64,000 bases of DNA from Bigelowiella natans CCMP2755 (GCA_000320545.1 ADNK01000966.1:1-64000), one strand, 5' to 3'; counted from the first letter of the stretch, positions 42,595 to 57,212 are shown. The notes: a model not told the origin generated them from the sequence alone. Made by a program: numbers and translations.

Positions 42595-43615
42595 CGTAGT
42601 CATACAGTCCGACAGCACTTCCAAACAAAATACTGTCTCACCATCACCATCGTCATCAAAATATCTCTCCTTTTAGCATAATAATGTGTGACCTTGACGA
42701 TGTATTCCGACTTCGACTTGTGAACGAGGAGATTCATGGTCTTGAGGTCTCTATGAAGTATGTTCTGCTCGTGTGCAAAGCACATTCCACGAGCCGCGTC
42801 CAATGCGAACTAAGATGAGAATAAACAGATGATGATGATAACGAAAGCGATTATGGTAACGGTACTACAGTAAAACTAGCAAACAAATGCTATCCTCCTG
42901 GGATGTATTGCTTGACAGAAACGAGAATCATAAGCTTTCCTCTCCCCGTCTCTCATTTTTTGCTTTTGGCCGTGTTCATCATTCGTTCGCTCCGGTAAGT
43001 GCGCCCTCTTCCCCAACCCTTGAGCAACGGAAAATCTACTCCCCAGTGTCATCATCGCGACGGCGATCAATGAGAATATAATGTATATATATATATATAT
43101 ATATATTATCAATATGTATACATATATCGCCGACAATATCAACCCTGAAACCCCATCAAAACAACATTCGCAGCTTTTTACTGCTCGTACTAATACTTTC
43201 AGCCTTGTCGCCCAAGAGAGATCCACAGATTTTGACTTGAGGACGTGCAAGAGGGACTATCAATATCACCATACCGAAAACAAGCCACAGAACAAAACAG
43301 AAATGCGGTCAACATTTCTTCATATAGTGCCCGATGCATGCATGTATCTGCCAGTAGTATGGGGGTCGCGTCCATTGGGGGGGGGGGGGGGGGTTAGGAA
43401 AAGAAAAAAGAGAACGAATGCAAATGAGATATACCTTATGATTACAATATTCGAACACGATGAAGAAGTCTGGAGGGGAGAGGCACACGCCAAGAAATTT
43501 GACAATATTCGGGTGGTGTAGCTGACAGTAGAGAAAAGCTTCCTTGCTGTGTAGGTTGGGAGGGAGTGGGAGGGTGGGGAGGGTGGGGGCAGTTGAATGT
43601 TGGTTGAAAAGAACG

Positions 43616-43673
<58 letters not shown>

Positions 43674-46423
43674 GAGCACAATAGTAATCTAACGATAGAG
43701 AATAGCATATGAAGCCTCTTCTCAGCTAGACGTTTGCTACCTGAAATCCAGCACCGTTTCGAGGGTGAAAGGTTTCAAATCATAGCTTTTCAGTACTACT
43801 GGCGTCCCTCGGTACGAAGTCCGGAATATGCGTGATGTGGCCCTGAGATAGTTCATGCACGACGCATGGATGCTGAGAGATCAATCATTTACTTGTTCGA
43901 GCTACAAAGCAACACAAAAGTCACACCGTCTCTGCATCGATGGGGGCAGCGCTACACTACACAACAGGTCTTATCAACAGTCGGCACCAACGTATATACG
44001 CGTCGGCGGGATACAACAACTTGTGGAGGAGGGAAAAGGGGGCATTCCGATGATGATCTGCGTTGGTGGTACCGACCCTGATGCTACGGCGAAGTGCCTT
44101 TGGTCTAAAGAGGTGAAGTCGAGAATGGGGACTTGAGCACGCAGAGCCCCGTGGATTTCAGCTTGTGTCGCGTTCGGCATGAAGTTCAAGAACGACTCCT
44201 TCCTCCGCCCGAGCCTACGAGATCAAAGACATGAAGCGGAAGAACGGAGATTATTGCGAAACCCAGCCTACAAAAGTACAGCGCGAAATGTACTGCTACT
44301 GTTACTGCGTCAGCAGTAGCAGCAGCAGCAACAGAAGAAGACGGAGCATCACAAAACACCCACTGACCCTTTGATTTGGTCCCCAATCGTCCGCCAAAAT
44401 TGAGAATCAGATAAGAGCACAAAGTACAGCAAAAACGGGAATACGAGGAAATACACGCCGTCTGCTAGCCAACGTATCATGAATATTGTCGTAGGGCCGC
44501 TGCTGGTGGTGGTACTGCTGTCGATTCCCAGCTCTCGGTTCATCATCTCCTCCCTTTCGGATAAGATGTAAAGGATCTGCTGCATGATCAGATACCCTAG
44601 AATGGAGCAGATGGCGGAGATAAAGAAGAAAGAAGAGAGGAAAGGAGACGAAAGAAAAAAACAATAAATCAACGGGATCGTTTGAGATCTGAAGAACGGA
44701 TATTCGTTAGCAGCTCCATGAAACACTATGGGTCATCATCGCATATTGCTACGCTTTATATCACCATACCCATGAATACGGCGAAAGCGACCCCAAATCT
44801 GCCTGAGATTTTACGCGAGGAGAGCAAAGCATACAGGCAAATGACGATCCACACTGCGGTGAGGAATATGTCCGTCCCCGCGATGAACACAATGGCCCAT
44901 CTGTAGCTGGAGAAGTAATAGCAACACCGCGAGAAGACAACCACCACGCCGAGAAACAACGACCCGAACATGGATCTTGCGAATGCTGCATAACCCATTT
45001 CCCACTGAAAGAATTTTTGTATTTTGATGACGATACCAATCAGCAATTGAATGATGTGAATACGCAAAAAATGAAGTGGTTATTAGATTAAGGTGATACA
45101 CACCCAAACACATCCCTTGTTTCATCAACATAATCACATGATCGCGTATGATATTACCTGCACCAAGTAGAGGGATACAAAACCGCACAGGAAGACACGG
45201 AAACCCGCAGTTCCCGCTACAAGAGACAGCCGCAGCCAAAAAGCACAAGAAGCGATGATAGGCTGATAACAGAGAAAAAGTTACATATTTCAAGCATTTT
45301 TGGGAAATTCTCGCATTAACATAGAACGCATATTGGGATCAACAATCACCAGGACCGTATCATGATTAATGCTGGAGTCTTATTCATTCATACGTAGCTG
45401 CAGCAACTACCTGGCCATCGCTAAAATTCGACGCACAAAAGAGCGCGAGTACGAATTCCAAGAAATAAGCAACAAGAACCCCGTACATGAAGTTGCGGTA
45501 TGTCGGTAATGTCACCCATTTTGCTGCTGCATTCCGGTTCCTTCTTTGGCTGTTCGGGGAGACGTCTCCATCATTTCCATTGCTACCTATTGAGGGCCTC
45601 CTACTCTGGCGTGCTACTACCGTTTCGAAACCGAGGATGCAAGCCATAAGAATCACCGGGATGAAGGCGAACGGACGCCATCGCCTGACACAAACACACA
45701 CGCACGCACGCACACGCACGCACATGATCAGTTGTTTTTGCATTTTTCGCGGTCCATGCCCATATAGAACCTACCCGTGTGATCGCCACTTCCGGTGTGT
45801 CATTTCCGCAATGACTCTCTTGGACGCCGTTTCCTCCTCGACGCACGTTGACCTTTAGTGTTGCGTAAATATGCCTTTTATTCGAGTCATTTCTGAATTT
45901 GGAATTCACCCGTGGAACATGTTCTTACAAATCCTTATTCCTCGTCTTCTTACCGTGTTGTCGATGTGGAAGATTTGGAGGAGCATTTTCGGGTCGCCGG
46001 GGGAGGTGAACGAATGAACGCTGTAAATATGCGCCACCCCTTAGTTTTGTGTTTACGAGGAGAACCTGACAACGATGGTTCGGATGCTGCAAGGTCTACT
46101 GTCCCGTTCTTCTTCGTCGTCGCCCTGGTGGTTGTTGTCTCGTTGAGGCGGGAGTTTCTCCAAGAATCCGTATACTCATCTGCCATGCGGCTGAATTTGA
46201 AAATCCCCCTCAGCATATGGGCACGATTTGCGCTTCCGTCCATGGGCAAGATGGAAGTGGTGATCAGTGATACCTAAACATTTGATATGTTTACCAACCC
46301 ATGCAGATTCGACGGAGGACACAAAAGTTTGCTCACCAGCAGCACGCTGACCACAGGGAGGCATCTTTGGCGAAGGGCGCTCACAGAGGCACGCGAATGG
46401 ATGAGGGGTGTAGTCGCCATCAT
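41394..46423 (-). CDS. Seven-TM-region tyrosine-kinase-like (TKL) receptor kinase
   Basis: Kinase motifs LHHPNIVKFLGVC, ILHRDLKTMNLL, VCDFGSSR, APEL, DVFSFGYVMWEILTRKMPY, LIERCWHMSPFERPVF. About 7 hydrophobic segments upstream, ending LLYFVLLSDSQFWR. Start approximate. Confidence 0.82.
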
Positions 46424-47594
46424 CTACGCGTGCTCCAGCAGCAGTTGCTCGGAGCTCCTCCTTCCCCCTTTCGGTTGTGCTGTGTGGGTTGTTGATCCGG
46501 CTGGTAATTCAGACGACAGTCGTCGTCCTCCCCGTCATACTCTAGTTGGGATCTATCTACTGGGGAATACTTCTGCTTCTATCGGGTCAATTCGGGCCCA
46601 AATTCGACCTATTTCTCACAAATTAGTCATCATCTTTTGGAATTTCGCCGAAGGCAGCAGCCCGGTGGAAGTTCCATCGCTTCTTTTCCAAAAAAGCAGA
46701 GGAAATCCGGGTCGGCGGCTTGGAGCTGAGCAGCTGGTTTGAGAAAGATCAGTCCTTCTCGGCTTTTTGGTAGTCCTTCTCGGCTACATAGAGGCACATC
46801 ATCATGACACTCACTGATTTCGTAGCATTTTAGGGTTCTCATTTTCAGACCCAGTTTTGAAACTAAAAGAAATCTTGGGCAGGGGATCCATACTGAAAAA
46901 ACGTTGAAGAGGCATTATAATTAGTTTAATGCATGACAATTCTAATGATCTTTGTACGGTGAATCTCTTTTGAAGGATGGGACTCGAGTTTTGTTTTGTT
47001 GTGCGTGAAATTAATTTTAAGTCGTAAGGGAGAAATATACTCTATTTTTGAGTTTGAGGGACCTTCCCGCTCCCACTTTTAGTGAAGGTCTCCCGTCTCC
47101 CACCAAAATTGTCGCGCGGTTCTTCTTTCTTCTCAGCATCTCTCCCCATCCATCCTCTGATCAAATCAACTCGACAAAGGACGTATTTCAATTATTTTTA
47201 ACTTTAGGAAGGGATTGAGGGAGAAGGACGGGCGATTTTCGCTTTTGAGGCCTGAGTGCTTTGCTTACACTGCAAATCTTTCTGAAGAAGACCACGATTG
47301 CGTGATCCAAGAAAATTTGAGATTCTCCCCTTTTAGTTAAAGCTTCATCTGCCGCGCGACGAGTGCGAGGTAGTCTATGAAAATAATTAGTTCCGTAGTG
47401 ATAATAGGATCCATATTGTGACTAATTATGTGAAAATGAACGAAAGAGGTTATGGTTGAATGGTCTTCGGAAAGAAATTCATCCTTAATATGCAAGTGTC
47501 TTCCCATTGCATTCTTCCTCCTCTATAGCCTAGCGAGACCCGTCTCCTTTTACTTACGACCTTTGTATCCCATCCTACTTATTCAGAAGCTTGC

Positions 47595-49664
47595 ATGACC
47601 TCGGATAAGGTTGCAGACCGGGAAGTGGACATATCTCTTGTGGCAAATCGATTTGCTTGCGTCTACTATGAGGAACTCCATAAAGACCCGAAGAGAACTC
47701 ATCAGTTTTACACGAGTGATTCAAGGTTCACAAGGAGGACTGAGAATGAGGATTTGAAGATCGCCAAGGGGCAGAAGGTGATGCATTTACAAACTAGAAT
47801 TTGGAAGCATCGGTCTTCAGAGGCGTTTCTCATTTTTGTCTTGTTCGCACCAAAATCATAACATGGGAATCTGTTGTAGGAGATTTACAAGATCCTAGAG
47901 ACTACCAGGTTTGTACACACATAAAAATCACGAAAACGATAATTGTGACGAAAACGATAATTGTGGTTTTTTTTAACCGAAATCACTTCGACGGCTTACA
48001 TGAATCATTAAAAAAAATTCTCATTTATTTGGACGATTCTCTCAGTTACGACAAGATTCATGTCGACCATGTTGATTCTCAAGAGGCGCCTAACAATGGA
48101 GTGCTGATTATTGTGACCGGTACTTCCAATTGTTCAAGTTGTCTGAATTAATTACTGAGATCTGCTAATTTTTATGTGACAGGTCAAATGAAACGGAGAG
48201 AATGCCCGTACATGGAGGATTTCGTACAGACATTCTTCCTCGGCTCTCAGGAAAGACTGAATGATGGTAAGACTGAATGATGGCAGTGCCTTACATATGT
48301 ACTTAAATACGTACTAGAGACACTTTAGTGGAGCTGCGGACGATTTAGTAAAGAGCAAAATGAGGAGAATTACTTTGAAGAACTCAGGGATGTTATGAAT
48401 GGTATTTCAGGTAAACCAAGGTTCTATGTCTGCAACGATATGCTGCAATTTATCTCTCGCGAGAAGCACAGTGTGAAGAAACCTTCCCAGGAAGTCAAGG
48501 AGCTTGCCTCTGGCAAAACCAATGAAGCAACGCAAAAGAAGGCTAGCAGCGCCCCTGAAGTTGCTCCAAAGGCGGAAAATACTGAACCCAAGAAGGAGCA
48601 GCAACAGCAAGCGCATCAGGTGGAGCTCGAATATAAGGTGAAAGCCGAGGTCGTAGCTAATGAAAAGAAGGGACCACAAGTGAAGCGCAGTGCAGTCAAG
48701 AACAAGAAAGGGAAGAAAGCAGCAAAAGGAGCATCTGAAGAAAATTCTGTGCCATCTGAGAGCACACCCGAAGTGAACAAGAGTACTGAAACTTCCACCG
48801 TGAAGAAGAATGCTCAGAAAGTTCAGAATATCACTTCCAACGGCCATGCAGAGGAATCTGGAACTGAAGTTGGTGCAGGGGAATCAAAGGCAGCAAACGA
48901 GGTTTCAGCACCAGGCAAAGGAGCTGGCTGGAAAACTTGGGCTGAACGTTTTAAATCTGCCGTGCCTCAGATTGAACCATCTGCTGCTGCTCTCCAGGAT
49001 GGGCAAACGAAAGCGAGTGCCTCGGAAAAAACAACAAAAACTTCAGACAAACAGAACAACGAAGCAAGAAAACTTGAAGAAAGCGGTGTGAGTCCAGCGG
49101 AGGGACAATCTGGGCCTTCGATCGCAACAAGAGGTAGAGGCAAAAAAGGTGGCCGTGGCGGGAAATCAGGGCGCTATATTTACAACGATCCCGAGCAGAT
49201 TGCTAAGACTTTGTACGTCAACAATCTTCCTTCGTGCGACAAAGCTGATATTGAGGCGAAATTCGGCGAGTTTGGAAAAATCGTGAGCATTGAGCGTCCT
49301 CATCTTGTTTACTGCTTCGTGCACTACCAGGAGAGAGAAGCTGTGGAGGCTGCTCTCAAGGCACGGCCTATCAAACTCGGCGGAGAGGAACTCAAAGTGG
49401 ATAAGAGGAGACCAAGTAACAGAAATAAGGGGCCTGACGCAAGCCGATCCCGTGGTGGCAGAGCAAGAGGCGGGAGGTATCGTCATGCTGGAAGGGGTGG
49501 CGACCCAAAGGTCCGATAAGAAATATTTTGCACCTGATTCAAATATCACTAAAAAGCAGATTATTTTTCAAAATCTGAAGTACTTAAATCTGTTGTTGTT
49601 GTAGCGCTCGGACTCTGGCGTAAAGCGTGGGGGCAAAGGAAGGGGTGGGAGAGCTCATATGTGA
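47595..49664 (+). CDS. G3BP/Rasputin/Bre5-like NTF2 + RRM + RGG protein
   Basis: NTF2: VANRFACVYYEELH..QFY..HVDSQEAPNNGVLIIVTG..FVQTFFL..FYVCNDML. RRM: TLYVNNLP..YCFVHY. RGG tail; last exon RSDSGVKRGGKGRGGRAHM-TGA. Confidence 0.9.
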
Positions 49665-49857
49665 TGCAGTATAAAATCTTCAAATAATTATTCGTTCCGA
49701 CAGGAAGAATTATACAGTGAATAGATAGACAAGTATGTACGAGATTCTAGAACGACATGTTTCATGGTCATGACAATTACTTGCCAGTTGACCTGCACTT
49801 GTTTCCGATAGTTAATTACTAAACACGTAGCGTGCAAAACGTGTGGATCTATTTTTA

Positions 49858-50057
49858 ATTGTTTGTTGCCAGTGACGTGCAGAAACATGTGCACGTGATG
49901 CGCGCGCGCGATGTTGTTGCAGTCATTGAAAACTTCCGCCTCGGCACGCTAGCATGCAGAGACAAATTTGGGAAAAAGAATTGTGTGAAAATTCCGTCTG
50001 GCTAGCTGGAATCGAACCCGCAAACCCGCCACATGCGCGCGGTTTGAACTAGCTGTG
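49858..50057. other. TpA-depleted intergenic island core (partial depletion continues to ~50440)
   Basis: Three TpA in 200 bp, all in CTAG (49949, 50002, 50049). Confidence 0.8.
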
Positions 50058-50478
50058 TAATTGGCATGTCTGTTATTTTGGACGCGATACGACGAGCATC
50101 TAGGCGTGCTAGCGTGCGGTATCGCAGCGCAATTAATGTTGGGATGTAATGCATCCAACGTGCGATACGTTGCATGCAAGTGTTGGCGCTGGTGCGCGGC
50201 TCGATGCAGACGACAACGCAATGTTGTGAATAATTGCCTCGACATGTCAACCATGTGCATTGTATGCGAGACGCATGACTTTGAATTGCATGGATGTCAT
50301 CATTCATCCACGCACCTGGTTGCATGCCTAGAGTCATCGATCCATCTAAAATTCATGTCGTCCATTGCACGTACAGCTGCTTCGATCATTCTTTATTTGC
50401 TAAACAATTTGTTGTTTGACTGTGCATAGTGCATTTCACATTTCACAATTTACTCCCGCTCAATAAAATATAGGTTCG

Positions 50479-51807
50479 TTATCTAGTGCCTCCACGTTTC
50501 CTAGCGTACCTAAAAACAAACATTAAGATATCTTTCAGGAGATGGCGGTAAAGAGGACATTCACAGCGACTTAGTCGTGTAATATTCAACACTCCAGAAT
50601 CTTACTGCGAAACAATAGCAACTTACTTTGCGACATCATTATAGCTAAACTTCATGGCGTAGAACAAACCTAAAACATTTTATTTTAAATCTACAATGCA
50701 GAACGAATTTCTGTAAACTGTAGTCCTGATGTAATTGTCTACGCACCACTGTTCGCGTGCTGATTGCGATGGTTGATATTGGCACCTAATATCCGATATT
50801 CCACATTGTTGATTATAAGGTTTAATTCTTTTCTCTCTTATCTATCCAAATGCAGATCGAAGCGTTTCATTTAGTCTTTGAGTGGATTTTCGTTGAAGTT
50901 GTAACATGCGCAATGCCAACACATAAAGATATCGTGTTGTGTGTGTATATGTGTGTGTTCGAATTCTCAGCATTCGCACCAGCTTCCACTAGGGCCTCCG
51001 CAACCTATTGGCATTTAGAATTGACGGTTAAATAAAATGTCATCTCCCATGGTTGGGTGGGAGAACCCCAAGATGATCTCTCAACTACCTTCTTGTGTCC
51101 ATTTTGGCACGCGAGAATGAATGCACTGTTTCCAGTCGCATCTTCAGAGTCTACATCCACCTTCATTAGGAAAGCAAACATCCCATTAGATTAAAACAGA
51201 AAATCATTTGCGGCGAAACAAGGTCAACCGTGCCACTCTTCAGAATCTTCCTGATCTCCTTGATTCTTCCATGCCTGTAACAACAACAACAACCACAACA
51301 GACGAACCCTTCATGCTACCAGTAGAAATAGGAAAACGGATACAACAACAACAACAACAACAACAAAGAAGCTACCGTGCATATGAGAGAAACTGTTCAA
51401 TTTGAGACTCGTCCTCATGCAGCGGTTGCACTTTCCGCACTTTGTTGATTTTGGATTTACGCTTCGTAGAGCTTCGACTCGACTGCGCAGAACAACGACA
51501 CCAACATCACAACATGAACACCATCATCATCAACAACAACAACAGCGACAGAAGAGCGAGACTATTTCATATTCCTTCGCCTAGTGCCATCATCCGCGCG
51601 GAACCACATGATCATTGTCACCATAACTCGCAATGCGTCATCAAAGCATCTGCCATCAGGCCTGCTAGAGATTAGCTACCAATGAGTAGACTATGACCTT
51701 CTTCTCCCCTCTCCTCCTACTTGCTGCCAGAACCTTCCTTCGGAAGCTCTGATGGGGGTACGCATGGATGGTGATAAGAGATATTGCTTTGTGATACTCA
51801 TTTACAA

Positions 51808-51845
<38 letters not shown>

Positions 51846-53559
51846 AATGGTGATCATTCGATTAAAGACCCTCGCAGTAGCCTGGGAGGGGTAAGCAGGC
51901 CCGAGGTCATCTGAGTCGTCATTGTTGTTATCACGGCTCTGGTGATTTCTCTTTACTTCACTTTTCGGGCTCTTGGTTAAAGGTCTCCGGAAACGATTGC
52001 TGCTTCTCCCTACTACGGCGTGCCTGCTGCTGCTGCTGCTCTCCCTTCCCGAGGCCGGTTTCTGAATTATTTCAAACAAACTGTTACAACAAGACAACCT
52101 GTTCGCCGTGCTTGGATTGTAGGAAAATGATTCCTCTCTCCTTCTTCTTCTTCTCCTTCTTCTTCTTCTTTTTCGAACGCCACCTACCTGCTGCATCCTT
52201 AGTAGCTTGCTGTTCCGTTTCTCCAGTCTTCTCTTGGGGGTGACCTGTTTCTTTGTTTTTCTCTTGGGGGTGAACTGCTTCTTCTTCTTCTTCTGCAGTG
52301 TCGGAGAGTCTTTACGTGGCGGAGACCGCATCTTGGGGCCGCTTGGACGAGGCTCTGAGGGGGGGACCGGGACGATCGTGGGCTTCTCTACCCCCCCTTG
52401 ATTTGTCAAGTTTTCTTCTTGTTGGACAGGGAGAGGAGCTGGGCTACTACTGGCTCTTGGAGTCAAGAATGAGTTCAGCACCTGCTTTATATTTCACGAA
52501 TCAGGCCTTCTTGGAACGGATTGTTCGTAGAACACGACATCTTGGGGAATCGACGACCTTCCATGTTCTCCCAAAGAAGCTATTCGTTTGGGCATCTTCA
52601 TCCTCCTCCTTCACCCTATCAGGTGGGGAGGAGAACGGTATTGGCGTCCCCCCCCCAACCACTACGGTAGCCTGTACATTCTTGTCCGCAGCACCAGATG
52701 AAGGTGGCCTGATATTAACCCCTTTTAAGTTATTCTCAGGAGGATGAAGACAAGTGTTGGTCTTTGGGGAAGGATGAGAACGTTATCATCACGTACTGTA
52801 ATGCAGAGGTAGTGGACTCCGAAGGGCCTCCTGAGCATTCATACAACAACTAGCAATGAGTCGTGCGCATATGCCAACGAACGCTCCGCCCCACCATTTC
52901 AGCAAATTTACTTTTCATACGCCAAGGCGTACTGCTGAATTAACTAGAATTTCACATCCGGGGTTGGTTGTAATTTATAACACATTGCCAACGCGTCCCC
53001 GCACAATTCCCAAATATGAAAATCCAATCACAAATGCAGCTCGACGATGTTGTCGCTAATGGAAAGTTCTTCTGATTTGTACCACCTGGGAGAGCAGCTT
53101 TTGGATCACCTATCGTACTCACTCTCTGCCAGGATATCATCACAGCATTATTTCGCAATACTAGTCTTCATTCACTCTGGTTGACAAAGATCGCAATTTT
53201 TCATGGTTGGAACCCCCCCCCCCCTCTCTCTTTCGAATTATAGCAGTAACATTCAGAAAGGAAAACAATTACCATTACAGACTCAGTCTGCCAGCTATTT
53301 CGATCGTGGCGACGATTCTGATCTCTACGACCATTCTCATTACCGGATGCTACCTGTGCAGATATGAAGAGAATTTGATACACTATTAGCAGCAGTGATG
53401 CGTGTGACAGGTGTCGTTGTCTTCCAAGGAGACCTCGAAGGTCATTTGAAACGTCGGCCCTGCCTTCCTAGCCTTCGTCAGGAGAGTTCGCAGCGACTTG
53501 GAGTCAGTGACGGCCTTCGTTGGAAAGCGCGGTTAATTGAATGGCCAAGCAAGAATGAT

Positions 53560-53590
<31 letters not shown>

Positions 53591-54166
53591 TTTTCATGAA
53601 CGGTGCAACATCTCTGTGAGTAGTCTGATGCGGTCTCTTCTTCTTCATCATCATCTTCTTCTTCTTCTTCCTCCTCCTCCTCCTCCTTCCTACTACCGTG
53701 TCGTTAATGCTCAAGAACCTCCATCCTATTTGAGCGCCACTCTTGTAGGCCTGGGGGATAGATATATGCAGAAAAGCAACAAGGAGCAGCGATGATTTCA
53801 TACGAAACCCGAATCTTCTGGGCAAGAGGACACCATAGAATTCTCTTTCTTACCATTCCGTTCCTGGAAAGCTTTGTGATGACAAGACTCTTATGATTGA
53901 CTCCTAATGGGCTGCAATTCACAGTAAAATGTCATTTCCTTCATTAGAAGCGACGTACATGACAGTCAAATGGTTGGGTCACCACCCTTGAGAATCCATG
54001 ACGATCGTCTTCTCTTCCTGATTAAAACATCGAGTCGAATGACGACGGGAATTGGTGGACGTTTGTGCTATGATATCTGCAGGCGCTGTCGCTGTCAGTT
54101 CTATTACCTTTACTTTTTGAGCCTCCCTACTCTCGTCCTTGTTGCCTTTACTGAAATAGTCAACAC

Positions 54167-54198
<32 letters not shown>

Positions 54199-54341
54199 CC
54201 ATCATCATCGGCCTTCTCCGAGGAAAAAGGTCGGAACCTTCCCCATTGTACTCGAAGAAGATGGTGCAACAACCATTACCTATCATCATCGTCACCATCT
54301 TCTTGATCATCGTCTTTGACGATCTGCCCTCCGTCCTCCAT
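50479..54341 (-). CDS. Large low-complexity protein with C-terminal ankyrin repeats and possible N-terminal PDZ-like domain
   Basis: Spliced C-terminus FLSYARHGRIKEIRKILKSGTVDVDSEDATGNSAFILACQNGHKKVAEALVEAGANINHRNQHANSGLFYAMKFSYNDVAKY. N-terminal LGVNHKSLVITKLSRNGM..AYKSGAQIGWRFLSIND. Start approximate. Confidence 0.75.
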
Positions 54342-54545
54342 GATAACCCCGAAAACCTGTTCGGATGACGGAGGCACCAAAAACAATGCCGCATGAGACG
54401 GAGAATCTTGGCACTCTGAACTGGGCACATATACCGGCATGCGAAGCTGGTTTGCCGCCTAAGTTTGCAAACACAGCACAGCACAGCACACGCACGGGGG
54501 TCAAGGGAACGATCGGAAGAGCTATACTCGCGTATCAGAGGACGT

Positions 54546-57212
54546 TCAAATGTGCACAACATATTCGGAGGGGCTTCTCTTTAACGATGCCGTCGAGTGG
54601 TTGGTTCAGCACAGCATGAACCGACGAATTAAAATGCTGTTCTGCACACGGTAGCCTGTAGTCTCGTAGATCAATGCAACTGCTGCTGCTGCTTGCTAAA
54701 GCTGCTGCCATGCAGAACAGTGTACTACCTGATCCGAGCGCTCCAGTCGCAACATGTGTTTCGTGAGAGAGATGCCGGAATATAGCTCATAGTCTGCAGG
54801 CGCTGTCAATAGGCGATCCGCAACAAACAATCACTGAGTTAGCGAACGCGCACCAAACACCCGAAGCCGTCCACGTGTTGATCACGAATGCTCTCCAGGG
54901 AACACTCTCCCCATCCACACTTTCTCTCTGCTGCTGCCCCTGCCAGCTACCACCTCTACTATTACTACCACTACTATTACTACAACAACAACAACAACAA
55001 CAACTACTGCTACTACTAGTGCTACTGCTACTGCTAACAGGTTCAACAGCTTTGCACGCGTGAATTATGTCAACAACAAAGCAGACTACTGCGCACTTCG
55101 TGAGGTAGCGAAACCCTTTGATAACTGGCCTGATAAAATACATCGAGTGATCAGGTTGGTTGCCGCTAGCAGTTTGAGTTCTTGCCTCGAAGTGAATTAC
55201 CGTCAATGTACACGTGGAAGAATGCGCCATTGCCATTCATACGTATACCTGCAAAAGGTACATAGTTCCGGTCACGGCTTCACCTTCAACAGCTGCGCTG
55301 GAGGCTTGATTAAGACACAATGGCTCTTTACCGATTCTATGGGTGTTCTTGAATGAGCAGCCGAAGGCAGCACGAGTTTCCTGCACCAGCGTCTTTCCAG
55401 GCTTCCAAAATCAGAATATATCGTTATTTGATGATCGCATTAGGGCACTTAGTAATGCATGAGGAGGAGGAGGTGGAGAAAGAGTATCAATGATGTTCGC
55501 CGCGGGAGCGACATCTAGACGTGCTGCCAGGAGGCACATCGTTGTCATTTCTCAGCAGTCCTGCTACCTAGAAGATTGCTACTGCGCTCTACTGTTTGTG
55601 TGTAGCATGACGTATGGGGTTGGGTTTGATGCGTGCTAAGCCGTACGGAAGGAACACCAGCACCAAGCGCTACTGAAGCTATGGCGGAAATGAAAAAGCA
55701 TCCATTGATTCGGGGGTTTTCTCACGGCACGGTGAAGGGCCCCGTCTTCACCGTGACGCGACCGTGACCCGATGGTGTTTTTAAACTACGATCGTGATTC
55801 TGTACCGCGCCCCCATACATACCTTGTGAACATGAGGCGAATAGTACGAGAGATGTGCTGCGGGCAGCACTTTGAGGGTGGGGTCGTAGGAAGCCCAGAA
55901 GGCCTGAGCACAGCAGCAAACGGTGTGATTGCGTGTTCTTCTCGGAGAAACGGGTGGTGTCATGTGGCCAGTCGAAATCAACCTTTCTTTTGGAGCTTTG
56001 GTACGTATCACGGGCATCATGCTGCTGCTGCTGCTGCTGCTGCTGCCGATGATGATGATGATGATGAATATCTCTAGTAGTAGGTTGCACGATGCCGATG
56101 TGCTCTATTGCCGTGTCCTTTAGCTCAACATGAACGGTGCTTTCGTTCGGAGCAATATCTTGGTTTCGTGGCCCATACTTAGCCTCCCCTACTACCAGAA
56201 CGAAACGCCATGCATCCTTAGGTCAGCGGTGGTGTTCCATGTGCGAAGAGATCTTAAGTCAATACTACCGTGCTTTCCGTCCAGTCCGTGTGCACCTTCG
56301 TCGTCGTCCACCGCATGTCTCTACACATACGTGGGTTGGTAGCAGGAGGAAGAATAGTAATGATGGCAGTTCAAGGAATGGAAGAGTTTAAAAAAAAAAT
56401 CGTTTCAGCGATGTTGAAATCGTTTATCGAAATGGCAGAGACACCCTTCATTAAAATTACTGTTGGCCGCTCTGCACATATTCTCCCGCCCCTTCTCCCC
56501 CTCTTTTCATAGGCGGTAACGATTTCTTATAGTTTATATATAATATGTTCTCTGCACATCATTACGGTAATGTTCAACTGACATGAAGCTGCTTATGGAC
56601 GACGTATGTTTGATTGGCATCTGGTGTTCCCCATGCTACTATTCTAGCTGATGGGGATTTCAGATGCAGGCCTTGATTATTTGCAGCTCTACTGGAGATT
56701 TCGTCGTCCTCCTCCCCCTCATCATCATTATCATCATCGTTCAGTCCTTCTACTTCAGCATAAACGGATGCAGCAGTGATAGTATTTGATTGAGCGAGAG
56801 AGGTCACAGTAGTAGTCTCTATAGGATGCACCGCCACGACCTGATATCAATGATATTTGTGTGTGTGTGTGTGTGTGTGTGTTTATGTAGTGTTGCTACT
56901 TTTCCACATGTGCAAGCATAGTTGCGGATTACTTGTTGGAGATGGGCAGCATCATCCTCATCTTCATCATCGTCGGACGATGTGATTTGAATTGTCGTGG
57001 CCACTACATTACCAGCCCCCCCATCGCCAGCCGCCTCCATATCTTCAGATTCATCCTCAGTGGCAGATGCAGTACTGCTGTCGCTAGAAATAGCTGCTCT
57101 TACGTCATTGTACTTCTGAGAATCATCTGCGCGTGTTTCTTTAGCTTCAATGTCAACCCTCGATATTTGTTGCACTTGATATAGTTGGCTCGCTTGTGCA
57201 TCGACCCGTGCG

